Source of the DNA: an uncultured virus (IMG/VR IMGVR_UViG_3300046468_002484)
Lineage: Duplodnaviria; Heunggongvirae; Uroviricota; Caudoviricetes
DNA: 64,000 nt
IMG/VR virus record: IMGVR_UViG_3300046468_002484
Reading direction: 5' to 3' (one strand)
Part shown: positions 30,140 to 39,807 of the stretch, piece by piece
Layout: each line of letters begins with the position of its first letter
Numbering within the stretch: position 1 is the stretch's first letter
Notes under the pieces: generated by a model
Told to the model about the DNA's origin: nothing
Databases searched by the model: none
Seen by the model: the letters and a program-made list of their open reading frames with translations, nothing else
Program-made: the position numbers and the translations under genes

Positions 30140-31231
30140 TCAAAGTGCCGAATATGGCAGATTATGCGTATTCGCAACTGCTTCGCAAATCAATTTACCA
30201 TGATGTGTACTAACACCCAATTTCAAAGCATCGTTGTATTTGTTTGGAGAAATCCCACTTGCAATTTCAAGACCATAATGAAGTGTTTGATTGTTTAAAG
30301 CAACGGTACTTGTTTGTGGAACTACACCGGGCATATTTGCTACGCAGTAATGAACAATTCCATCAACATCATAAATGGGTTTATCGTGTGTTGTTGCTTT
30401 GCTTGTTTCAAAGCATCCACCTTGATCAATTGCTACGTCAACCAACACCGCACCTTTCTTCATGCTTTTTAAATGATTTCTGCGAATTAGTTTTGGTGCA
30501 GATGCTCCGTGAACATAAACACTTCCGATTACAACATCTGCATCTGCTATTTCCGATTCAATGTTTGCGTCATTGCTGAACAAGGTTTGGACGGATGAAC
30601 CAAATACATCATCGAGATATGCAAGTCGTTCTTGTGATATATCAAGTATACTTGTGTATGCTCCGATTCCTTGTGCAATTTTAGCTGCATTGAATCCAAC
30701 TACACCACCTCCTAAAATGACCACTTTGCCTCGTTTAACACCCGGTATTCCACCAAGAAGGATACCTGCTCCCCCAAAGGGTGTCTCTAAGTATTTAGCA
30801 CCTTCTTGAACACTTAAACGACCGGCAATCTCACTCATTGGAGTAAGACAAGGATGACTACGATTCGGCAACTGAATTGTTTCGTATGCAATTGAAGTTA
30901 ATCCAATGCTCATAAGTTCTTGTGTAAGTTTTTTGTCAGCAGCCAGATGCAGATAAGTGAAAAGAATTTGATCTCTACGAAAATACGACAACTCTGAAGT
31001 TTGTGGTTCTTTTACTTTGATAATCATTTCTGCTTTATCAAACGTGTCTTTAACATCACAAATAATTGCTCCTGCTTTAACATAATCGTTGTCCGTGAAA
31101 CCTGTTCCGATTCCTGCGTTTGTTTCCACAAAAAGTTCATGTCCCTCCGCAACATACTTGTTAACTGCACCAGGTGTTAATCCCACACGATATTCGTGTT
31201 TTTTGATTTCTTTTGGTACACCGATTTTCAT
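30140..31231 (-). CDS. ald: Alanine dehydrogenase
   Basis: MKIGVPKEIK..EYRVGLTP, KVKEP, FTYLHLA, PMSEIAGR, DVAIDQGGCFETS, HYCVANMPG. Confidence 0.97.
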   Translation of the reverse strand: MKIGVPKEIKKHEYRVGLTPGAVNKYVAEGHELFVETNAGIGTGFTDNDYVKAGAIICDVKDTFDKAEMIIKVKEPQTSELSYFRRDQILFTYLHLAADKKLTQELMSIGLTSIAYETIQLPNRSHPCLTPMSEIAGRLSVQEGAKYLETPFGGAGILLGGIPGVKRGKVVILGGGVVGFNAAKIAQGIGAYTSILDISQERLAYLDDVFGSSVQTLFSNDANIESEIADADVVIGSVYVHGASAPKLIRRNHLKSMKKGAVLVDVAIDQGGCFETSKATTHDKPIYDVDGIVHYCVANMPGVVPQTSTVALNNQTLHYGLEIASGISPNKYNDALKLGVSTHHGKLICEAVANTHNLPYSAL

Positions 31232-32112
31232 ACAGTATAAATATCTTTATTATGACAAATTAAATAACCAATATATCTTTCAATTGCGTGTTCAATTTGT
31301 AAATCAGGAATTCCTCGGTATCCATGTTTTAATAGTTCAAAGTAATTTCTTGCATTGTATTTTTTTCGCATTTCATGTGCAAGTGGTGTCATCGGCAAAT
31401 TCCAAGGACAATTCTCCAATCTACTGAATTCCGAATCATAATACTTTTTATCGTCCATGTGTTCACACCAAAATTTGTCATTCTTGTTTTCATCAGTCAA
31501 TAATTCGTAAATTTCATTAAAGTTACTTAAAAGTATATCAAAAAATTCGCATTTTGAAACAAAAATCTTTCCTGAATTGTATTTCCATGTTTTAAGATTT
31601 TTGTGTGGGAACAATCTTTCGTTGTCTTTTAATATCTTTAAATTTCTGTCATTGTTGTCTATATCAATGTATTTAGATTTCGTGATGAGTGTGTCGCAGT
31701 TTTTTTCCAATACATTGATGTGTTTTATGTTAAGTAAATTGTCTCTCCATGTTTCGTTGCTCTTGGAATGTACACAAAATACGTAATCGTATTGATTTTT
31801 AACAAAATTTAATCCGATTAAAAACGGACCAATGTCCCATCCTTTGTTTGGAACAATTATTGTTTTGTCACGATAAATACTTTTGTATTTTTCAATTAAA
31901 TCATTTGAACAAGTGCAACCAAATTCATAAATTTCATTTTCGTATTTTTTGTATGAAAAATTTCCGTTGAAAATTTGCATTGAATTTAATGTCAACAATA
32001 CATCAACTTTGTTCGCATAAGTTTGCTTTATTTCATTTACCAATTTTTCATAATATGAAACTTGCTCTTTATCTAAATTTGATAACGAAAGAATTAGAAT
32101 TATTTTGTCCAC
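31228..32112 (-). CDS. RgpF-like rhamnan synthesis protein
   Basis: VPNKGWDIGPFL, YDYVFCVHSKS..WR, EHAIER. Confidence 0.7.
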   Translation of the reverse strand: MDKIILILSLSNLDKEQVSYYEKLVNEIKQTYANKVDVLLTLNSMQIFNGNFSYKKYENEIYEFGCTCSNDLIEKYKSIYRDKTIIVPNKGWDIGPFLIGLNFVKNQYDYVFCVHSKSNETWRDNLLNIKHINVLEKNCDTLITKSKYIDIDNNDRNLKILKDNERLFPHKNLKTWKYNSGKIFVSKCEFFDILLSNFNEIYELLTDENKNDKFWCEHMDDKKYYDSEFSRLENCPWNLPMTPLAHEMRKKYNARNYFELLKHGYRGIPDLQIEHAIERYIGYLICHNKDIYTV

Positions 32113-32118
32113 CTCCCC

Positions 32119-32910
32119 TCAATCTGAATATTTTTCAAGTTCAATTTGCTTTAGTTTTGAAATCATAGTTTCTGTATAGAAAAAAGAAAGCACTTCGTGT
32201 GAATCTTTGTATATTTTTTCAATTTGCTTAGTTAAAAGTTTATTATCACGCACAAACTCTTCATATCCACGATCATCTGTTTTATTATCATAATCCAATT
32301 TCAAATTATGATATTTTTCAAGACTTTTGTGTGATTTAACATTCTTTTCAAAATTTTTCAAACCCTCAAGTGGACAATATAGAATATCATAGTTTTCACC
32401 CGAACCAAAACCAAACATTTCATTTTTGTCATATTCGTGCGTATAAATTGATTTTATACTATTTTTTAAATACTCATGATAATTAACAGTCATATGATAT
32501 ATAAAATCATCTGCAATTTCAGTATGTCTGTTATGAAATGCGTGGGAAAGTATTCTTGATACAGGTGCCCGATATGTTTGATACACCAAAGGTTTTATTT
32601 TTTTTGAATTAAGATAATCCACAAAAATATTAAACGAAAAATCAATATCTTTTAATTCAGGCATTCTTTCGTACCAACAATTTTCGGTATGACAATGAAC
32701 TACATTTTGAAATCTCGCAGACGTAGTGTATATTTTTTGAAACGCATTGCCAATAGTTGTTGTTCCACATTTTGGATATGTCCAAATAATAATTTCAATT
32801 TTTTCAGCATTATCATCAAAATGGCACAGACCGGCCGTGGATTCTATGTTCTTGTATTTTTGTAAAATACTTTCAAATTTATTCAAATTTTCTTGAGAGT
32901 CGTAATTCAT
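32119..32910 (-). CDS. Putative sulfotransferase-fold protein
   Basis: TYPKCGTTT and YRAPVSRILS resemble PAPS-binding motifs. Confidence 0.55.
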   Translation of the reverse strand: MNYDSQENLNKFESILQKYKNIESTAGLCHFDDNAEKIEIIIWTYPKCGTTTIGNAFQKIYTTSARFQNVVHCHTENCWYERMPELKDIDFSFNIFVDYLNSKKIKPLVYQTYRAPVSRILSHAFHNRHTEIADDFIYHMTVNYHEYLKNSIKSIYTHEYDKNEMFGFGSGENYDILYCPLEGLKNFEKNVKSHKSLEKYHNLKLDYDNKTDDRGYEEFVRDNKLLTKQIEKIYKDSHEVLSFFYTETMISKLKQIELEKYSD

Positions 32911-33584
32911 AAAAAGTCCTTAAATAATTTTTTTTCATAATAATCAATGTAATTTTTATTGTTAAAAATTTCTTCTTTTGAAAACTCAGAATATTCGTTT
33001 TTAGTAAATTTAATTTTAGTCTTCTTATATGTCAGAACATTGGTTGGAAAGGAATTTTTACATTTTATTTCAAGTCCTACCCCATTGATTTTATTCATGG
33101 TATTTTCAAAGTCATCGAGAACATCTTCGTATCTCAATAGTATATGATTTTTAACTTTATTTGGTAAATCATCAATCAAAAATTTATTTTTCGTATATCT
33201 CAGTTCAAATATATTTTTATATCTTTCTCCTGTATATATGTTTCGATCATTCATAATTTCGTGAGATGTATCTCAGTTACCATCTGCATCACTAAAACTA
33301 AAAAACTCTTCATTTAAAAATTTATATCGTTTGAGATCACTTGATATTTTTTTATATTTTAGAGGTAACTGATGCATTTTTATATAAAAAGAATTTATCC
33401 AATCAAATAAATTCCTAATAACAGAAATAAATAAAACATCGTCCGAATTATTAAATGAAGTGAATCCAAAAAAATGCTTATGACCAAAATTTTTGACATG
33501 TTCTGCATTAAAATTTTCTCGTATTAAATTCTGAATATAATTCGTACCCGAACACCTTTCCCCATATAAGCAATATTTTTTCAT
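32907..33584 (-). pseudogene. Sulfotransferase-like gene split by one in-frame TGA (33273-33275)
   Basis: YGERCSGTNY..FGHKHFF..IRNLFDWINS..DGN*DTSHEIMNDRNIY..LLRYED all in one frame. Confidence 0.7.
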
Positions 33585-36145
33585 TTATTTTTAGATTTCC
33601 AGTCATCAAATTTATCTTTATCAATGCAATGATTTACTACATCAGGTCGTCCTTTGAGCAACATAAAGTCATCAAATGACCAGCCTTGAATTTTTAAATT
33701 TTTAAAGTAATTCTTGAATGATATACTAAATGGATTATTAAAATCCATACAAATCTTACTAAATTCTTCATCCGTCATTTGTATTATCCAGTCACGATGA
33801 TTTTTGGGTATTTCAGTGTTGTCTGAATAACAATCAAATTTATTTTTAATATTTAACACATCAGTATATTTTTCAATTTCTTTGTTTATTAAATTTATGT
33901 AATTTTTTTGTAAAGGCTCAAAATTCATATCATTTAAATTTAGCACATTTTGATGTTTTGATAATTGTGTGTCATCTTTAATATCAATTCCGGAATAATG
34001 TATAAAAACAACCGGGTCACTGCTTGTATAAGGTTTTCCGTTTTTTATCAAAATAGTTTTATCTCGGTGTGATAAGTTCCAGTATGCAATATTATATGCA
34101 AAAGACCTCTCAATAAAGCAATCATCATAAAAAGACGGAAGTAAATTACACCAGACTTGATCCGTGAAAATACCATTTTCTAAATCTACATTAAACTTAT
34201 TTTTTGTCTTACTGCACCAATAATTTACAAAGTGTATTCCGTTTTTTTTGTTTGAAATGCCAATAAATCCCAAATTGAACTGACCACACCGATTTACTAT
34301 GTTATCCACTGGATTTGCACCATCGTAATCTGGTAAAGGACGAGTAAAGTGTGGTGTAACTACAAATGAGTTTTTGTCCAACTTACTAAATAGGTTATCC
34401 AAAGAATGAAAAACCTCTATATCACAGTCAAAATATAATACTTGTTGATAACCTTTATCAAATAAATATTTAAATCCAAAAGGTTTAGCCGCCGTATTTA
34501 AATCCTGTGTATCATATTGGAAACTCATCCATTTTAAGTCTCTGACACTGTTTATATCAAGTTCATCTAAAAAAATAGGAATGAATGGAAACTTTTGATT
34601 TTTAATTAATTTTTTTGTATCCTCGGAATAGTCATCAACTATTATATTATATACATCTATTGGTCCATGTTGTTTAAAAATTGATTTTGCCAAGACGTTT
34701 ACACGAGATATATAGTTTATATTAGAAGTTGTTAAAATGCATTTTTTCTGAGTGTATATGGTAAAATCAATTTCTTCTTCCTGATCAACACTAAAATATT
34801 CTTTATTCTTGTTTTTGAAATCTATACAATACTGATTCATTAGATCGACCACATCTTCATTTTTATATGAATATTTGCTTAAAGAACCTGGATTGTAAAA
34901 TCTGTCTTTCACAGCAACGAAATCATCATCAGGAATATCTGTGTAAATTATATTTGATTTTTTGTAGTCGGGAATAAGTTTTAATTTATTTACTAAAAGT
35001 TTCTCAATATACTTTTTTTTTAAACTATGCAACCGTTCACCCACAATTTTTGCACTTTTTTTGATGGAATAATTATCTTCTATTTCTGAAATTAAATTTT
35101 TATTTTTTGGAATCTTTTGATTTATATGCATTATATGATTTAAAAGACTATCTTTATCCATACTTGCCCACTTGGCCGATGTATTGTTTAGAAATTTATT
35201 GTACACTTCACAATTTACAAATTCAAGATTATGCTTAATAAAAGTAATATTTTTATTCAAATAAAACTCACGTATTGCAGAATAATTGACTGCAAAAACT
35301 TTAGTTCCACATTGTAAAGATTCCATAATGGATCTACCCTGTCCCTCGGACTTGGCAGTTGAAACATACACATCAGAAATTTTGTAAATATCAACTAAAT
35401 CATTATATTTTAGTATATCAGAAATAAAAATTATATTATCTGCTTTTTTATATTTTTCTATCCTATCTGCCTTTAAATTACCGGAAACTTTTACGATTAG
35501 TATTTTATATGTAAATTTTTTTTCAAGAAATATATCGAGTAAAACAAATGGATTTTTTCTTCCCAAACCACTGTTTTCGTCATAAAAAGTCGAGAATACA
35601 ATTTTATCATTTAATTTAAATTTATCTATAAGAGCCTTTCCATACCAACCAATATTTTTTGATATAGGTAGACACGGAGGTTGTATATTAACAACTTTAT
35701 TTGAAGATACACGATTTATGCTCGATGCTGAAAAGTCTGAAATTGACCAAATTTCATCAAGATTGCTATCTAAGTAAGTATATGGAAATTTGCTAAGTTC
35801 CCATGCCCAGTGCCCTATTTTGATATATTTATCTGATAATTTTAAATTATCAATGTACATAGAGTTATCAGCATTGATTGTTGTTAATACAAACAAGAAC
35901 TTATAATTAAATTGATTTACAATTTTTTTCATGTTTGCTTCGTACCCATCGTTTCTTCCCACTTTTATTAAATTAAATGGGATTCTAAGTTTTTGCAATA
36001 TTTTTTCAAAATAATATCCGTGCTGACCTACTCCAAACGAGTCATAGTGCGTTATTACATTTATACCACACTTAATTAATATTTCGTTTTTATGATAACG
36101 AAGAAAGTTTGAAGAAAGTTTTTCAATCTTATTTACATCCATCAA
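33581..36145 (-). CDS. GT4-like plus GT8-like glycosyltransferase fusion
   Basis: HWAWEL, RKNP, DVYVSTAKSEGQG; LNTAAKP, YFDCDI, QFNLGF, FTDQVW, YNIAYWNL. Confidence 0.8.
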   Translation of the reverse strand: MMDVNKIEKLSSNFLRYHKNEILIKCGINVITHYDSFGVGQHGYYFEKILQKLRIPFNLIKVGRNDGYEANMKKIVNQFNYKFLFVLTTINADNSMYIDNLKLSDKYIKIGHWAWELSKFPYTYLDSNLDEIWSISDFSASSINRVSSNKVVNIQPPCLPISKNIGWYGKALIDKFKLNDKIVFSTFYDENSGLGRKNPFVLLDIFLEKKFTYKILIVKVSGNLKADRIEKYKKADNIIFISDILKYNDLVDIYKISDVYVSTAKSEGQGRSIMESLQCGTKVFAVNYSAIREFYLNKNITFIKHNLEFVNCEVYNKFLNNTSAKWASMDKDSLLNHIMHINQKIPKNKNLISEIEDNYSIKKSAKIVGERLHSLKKKYIEKLLVNKLKLIPDYKKSNIIYTDIPDDDFVAVKDRFYNPGSLSKYSYKNEDVVDLMNQYCIDFKNKNKEYFSVDQEEEIDFTIYTQKKCILTTSNINYISRVNVLAKSIFKQHGPIDVYNIIVDDYSEDTKKLIKNQKFPFIPIFLDELDINSVRDLKWMSFQYDTQDLNTAAKPFGFKYLFDKGYQQVLYFDCDIEVFHSLDNLFSKLDKNSFVVTPHFTRPLPDYDGANPVDNIVNRCGQFNLGFIGISNKKNGIHFVNYWCSKTKNKFNVDLENGIFTDQVWCNLLPSFYDDCFIERSFAYNIAYWNLSHRDKTILIKNGKPYTSSDPVVFIHYSGIDIKDDTQLSKHQNVLNLNDMNFEPLQKNYINLINKEIEKYTDVLNIKNKFDCYSDNTEIPKNHRDWIIQMTDEEFSKICMDFNNPFSISFKNYFKNLKIQGWSFDDFMLLKGRPDVVNHCIDKDKFDDWKSKNK

Positions 36146-36147
36146 TT

Positions 36148-36176
36148 ATAAATATTAAAATTAATAAGATTTATAA
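36148..36176 (-). promoter_or_regulatory. Bipartite phage promoter-like motif
   Basis: TTATAA-N16-TATTTAT. Confidence 0.55.
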
Positions 36177-36179
36177 AAA

Positions 36180-37976
36180 CTAATATAACTTTCTTATTTG
36201 TTTCATAATTTCGTTTGGAAGATTTATATCCTGAATTATTTTATTATCTTTTAAAAATTCTTTATTAGAATTTTCAATAAATGCGTCATAATTAAAATTT
36301 ATCCAAGAGTTAATGTGAAATACACAATTATTTTTACAAAAATCATTTGTACCGAGCATCCATAACCAATTATCTAAATTATTCCATTTAGATAAACTCG
36401 ACAAATAGTTTTTGTAGTTTTTTAACCAATTTATTGTACAATTCGTACAATCACAGAAACAGACAACATTTATTAGTTTTCGTTCACAATAGTTTTTAAT
36501 GTAATTATTGTTTTTAATTATCATCAAACCTTCAATTGATGTTTTTACCTTGACGAAGGTTGAATATTTGCCAGAAATTCTTTTAAATTTGTATATTAAT
36601 TTGTTTTTAGAAATTTTTATATACTTTTTTTGAAATTCAACAAGATCATTGTTATTTGCATATCTGACAATAAAAAGGCACTCATTGCATTCGTTGTATG
36701 CTTCCGACTTCATTATTGTATCAATTACATTTAAGTCCGATTTATTTAAATCACAATATAAAATTATTGCGTCTAACTTTTCACGATACAAATATGGTGA
36801 TTCACTTAAATTTTTACTTATTTCACAAATATATTTTCGTTTTTCTTTATTATGTTGCTTACTTTGATTTTTCAAAATATCATTGTATTTTTCAATTCCA
36901 AGTTTTGGATCTAAAAATTGATTTTTGATTTTTGAACAATTAAGTTGTAGTAAGTTTAATTTTTTATCATTTTTAAAAATATTCAATACACCATTTGCAA
37001 GTTCATTTATATTTTCATATATTAGTCCCGTTTGATTGTGTATAATTGTTTCATTTACACCAATACAATTAGAAAGACAAAGTACCGGCAATTCATGTGA
37101 AATTGCTTCAATAACTGCATTACTTGTGCCTTCATACTCAGACAAATTAATCACAAAATCACACGAACTATAATAATCGTGAATATTATCAACATAATTT
37201 TGTAAATTTATGTAAGATTCAATATTTGGATTTTTTTCAACTTCTTGATTAAATTCAACATTCAACACCGAGTCAATAGGACCCACCAAATGAACTTCAA
37301 AGTCATTATATTGAGTTGAAATAAAATTCAATTTAGAAATAAATGGAATTATACTTTTTCTTGATTCACGCAGTCCATTTACCACCAAAATGTTATATTT
37401 TTTTTTGAAATTAATTTTTTCATATTTTGGTATTTTTACTGTATTGTAAAAACTGACTATTTTATTTTGAAGATGTCCGGGAATGTACTTACTAAAATTA
37501 TGATTTTCAAGACGAATTACATCGACCGATTCACATAAATCTGAATATGAAATACCCGTTGCTTTGTTTTTTGAATTGAACCATTTTTTAATAATCGAAG
37601 GATGATTTGTATCAAAATTAATCCAAAAAATATCATTGCGTAAAATATAATGTGATATAGAAATAAATTCATTAGAATCATAATCTAAAAGAGTTATTAA
37701 AATTGGATTAATCTGAGCATCTATATGTTTTGCTATATTTTCACAAATAAAGAATTTCCAATAGTCATCGTTACTTGGTATGTATATGTTCTTGATTGGA
37801 AGAATATTTCCGCATTCATCTTCGTCAATATCTAAATCTACACGAACATGACTCAACAACACTAAATTGTATTTATTCTGATTGTTTAATAATAAAATAA
37901 GGTCTTTTAGAACCTTACTTGACCCACCACCATTTATTTTACCACGATAGATGTAAATTGTTTGTTTAATGTCCAT
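36180..37976 (-). CDS. GT4 glycosyltransferase with C-terminal extension
   Basis: GGGSSKV, DFVINLSEYEGTSNAVIEAISHELPV, ETIIHNQTG. Confidence 0.8.
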   Translation of the reverse strand: MDIKQTIYIYRGKINGGGSSKVLKDLILLLNNQNKYNLVLLSHVRVDLDIDEDECGNILPIKNIYIPSNDDYWKFFICENIAKHIDAQINPILITLLDYDSNEFISISHYILRNDIFWINFDTNHPSIIKKWFNSKNKATGISYSDLCESVDVIRLENHNFSKYIPGHLQNKIVSFYNTVKIPKYEKINFKKKYNILVVNGLRESRKSIIPFISKLNFISTQYNDFEVHLVGPIDSVLNVEFNQEVEKNPNIESYINLQNYVDNIHDYYSSCDFVINLSEYEGTSNAVIEAISHELPVLCLSNCIGVNETIIHNQTGLIYENINELANGVLNIFKNDKKLNLLQLNCSKIKNQFLDPKLGIEKYNDILKNQSKQHNKEKRKYICEISKNLSESPYLYREKLDAIILYCDLNKSDLNVIDTIMKSEAYNECNECLFIVRYANNNDLVEFQKKYIKISKNKLIYKFKRISGKYSTFVKVKTSIEGLMIIKNNNYIKNYCERKLINVVCFCDCTNCTINWLKNYKNYLSSLSKWNNLDNWLWMLGTNDFCKNNCVFHINSWINFNYDAFIENSNKEFLKDNKIIQDINLPNEIMKQIRKLY

Positions 37977-38104
37977 GTAGTAAATTTATATGAGTTTTTC
38001 ACACAATATAAATATTACTTTTTATAATAATTTAATCAAATCTCTGGTGGAAGTAGTTTTTCAACTACCTTCAGTAACCTTCCAATCTATTATTAAAAGG
38101 CTTC

Positions 38105-38513
38105 TGGAGGTAGCGGGATTTGAACCCGCGTCTTTATATCCTTCTTTCCAAACGTCTACACGTTTATTTTGTCGTAAATTTCAAAAAGTTACCCAACAAA
38201 CAAGTCTACCTTTTCTATTCGTTTTATTGTTATACAGAGTTTCCAACGAAAAAACAATCTCTGGTTCCACGATTGTTGACGCCAACACCAAACTAGTCGT
38301 GTGATCATTTGGGTGACGGGGTGGGCTTATTTATGCCACCAACACAGCTTCCGCTTCTTCTAAAGCAGAGAATTCTGCTTCTGCGTCTGCGAGAAGGTCT
38401 GCAACGAATGTATCTTCGCCATTTAAACAATTTAATACATTTTGAGAAGGCCGTGTATTATCCTTCACGTGCAGTTTGGATATCTAAATACAAATCGAAT
38501 CCAGAATACCCCC
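38105..38513 (-). ncRNA. ssrA: tmRNA (one-piece, 3' CCA not encoded)
   Basis: 5' GGGGGTATTCTGGATTCGA; 3' GACGCGGGTTCAAATCCCGCTACCTCCA; acceptor stem with G3-U wobble; pseudoknot 1 (GAAGG/CCTTC plus TAATACA/TGTATTA); TAAAT then tag ORF 38420-38331. Confidence 0.95.
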
Positions 38514-38551
38514 AACAGAAATTTGACTATCAATGAACAAGTAAGAATATA

Positions 38552-38580
38552 AATATAGTATATTGTTCTGAAAATGTCAA
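38552..38580 (-). promoter_or_regulatory. sigma70-like promoter of tmRNA overlapped by a TATTTAT core
   Basis: TTGACA-17nt-TATATT. Confidence 0.7.
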
Positions 38581-38587
38581 GTGGTTT

Positions 38588-38698
38588 TTATAATTTTCTT
38601 TTGATGTAGTTGTAAGTTATTTCTGTAATTTTACCTGCTATACCAAGAAAATGCTCCACGAACATACCAATCACCACAAACGGTAGTATCTCTATCAT
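38588..38698 (-). CDS. 36-aa membrane peptide
   Basis: MIEILPFVVIGMFVEHFLGIAGKITEITYNYIKRKL; AGGA upstream. Confidence 0.45.
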   Translation of the reverse strand: MIEILPFVVIGMFVEHFLGIAGKITEITYNYIKRKL

Positions 38699-38733
38699 AA
38701 TATATTTCCTAAAATGTAATAAACGAAAAATTA

Positions 38734-38859
38734 TTACTTTTGCTTTGTTAAATTTCTAAGCAAAGTCAGAACTTTGTCCTGAATAAACTTTGCGTATGTT
38801 GGTTGTGGGAGATTCCATCCAATAAACATCCCTATGATTATGTATAATATAATTTCCAT
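38734..38859 (-). CDS. 41-aa membrane peptide
   Basis: MEIILYIIIGMFIGWNLPQPTYAKFIQDKV..; TACTTAT motif 7 nt upstream. Confidence 0.6.
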   Translation of the reverse strand: MEIILYIIIGMFIGWNLPQPTYAKFIQDKVLTLLRNLTKQK

Positions 38860-38895
38860 GATTATAATAAGTATGATTTATATTTGGTTTAAAAC

Positions 38896-38943
38896 TTACT
38901 CTCCAAATTTATACCCGAAATACTCAATGTCTTTTGCACATTG
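38896..38943 (-). repeat. Orphan sulfotransferase tail
   Basis: QCAKDIEYFGYKFGE* in frame after the TAA of 38944..39618. Confidence 0.85.
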
Positions 38944-39618
38944 TTACAACACCTCTCTGTCTGCGATCCTTGGCCTCTTGTACACATAGGATGGTTGTTT
39001 GTTATCCCACCCAAGCTTTAGTGCAGAGTGCGGTATTTTTTCATCTATTTGAACCATGTTATCCACGATATGTTTAACTTGTTCGTCTTCGTCATATAAA
39101 TCTGTTAATGTTTGATGAAAAGTAAAATATTTCCAGTGTTCACTGTTTTTGAATACTGTAACAAACTTAGTTTTCCATTTTTCTATAATATAATGATTAG
39201 GTTTGTTCACGCACATAAACCAACTCACAACTTCGCACAATCCGGCTTTTCGATTATACGAACCACGTGGTATATACCGATATGAAAAAAAACCTGTATT
39301 ATTCACTATTTTTTCATAAAAGTCAGAAAGTGGTAGCATGGGATATACACTGGCATCCGCCCACACCCCCCCAAACTTTGATAGCAACAATACTCTTAAC
39401 AAGTCAGACTTTGCCGCCTTTCTTCGGAATGGAGAATTTTTAATTATATCAAAATATTCAGGAACATAATCAGAAATTGTTTCATTTGACAAAACATTCA
39501 CTATCCAGTCGGGATTTAATTCTTTCCAACGACTAATACACTTTCTGGCCATGGGACCACATGAATCATCATCCTCTCCTTGAAACCAGCACATCCACAT
39601 TGTTTTATTTTTATTCAT
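38944..39618 (-). CDS. Capsular polysaccharide synthesis protein (GT32-like)
   Basis: WMCWFQG, KSDLLRVLLLSKFGGVWADAS, SWFM, YFTFH. Confidence 0.85.
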   Translation of the reverse strand: MNKNKTMWMCWFQGEDDDSCGPMARKCISRWKELNPDWIVNVLSNETISDYVPEYFDIIKNSPFRRKAAKSDLLRVLLLSKFGGVWADASVYPMLPLSDFYEKIVNNTGFFSYRYIPRGSYNRKAGLCEVVSWFMCVNKPNHYIIEKWKTKFVTVFKNSEHWKYFTFHQTLTDLYDEDEQVKHIVDNMVQIDEKIPHSALKLGWDNKQPSYVYKRPRIADREVL

Positions 39619-39806
39619 TTTGATAAAATTTTATATTGATTTTCAGACAATAAATTTAAATCATTTAAATTTTCTATAACATCATAGTTTTTATGTAAAT
39701 ATTTTTTTAAAATGATTTTAGATTGTTTGCTCACGGATTGTTTATATTTCTTGTTATTCTTTTTGGGAATATGAACAAATATAAATTTATGTTTATGACT
39801 TATCAT
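39615..39806 (-). pseudogene. Internally deleted gene: sulfotransferase head fused to an unrelated C-terminus
   Basis: MISHKHKFIFVHIPK|KNNKKYKQSVSKQSKIILKKYLHKNY..; 63 aa. Confidence 0.7.
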
Positions 39807-39807
39807 T

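Noticed and set aside
37990..38536. Plus-strand ORFs 37990..38304 and 38309..38536
   Set aside because: Antisense to the tmRNA gene.
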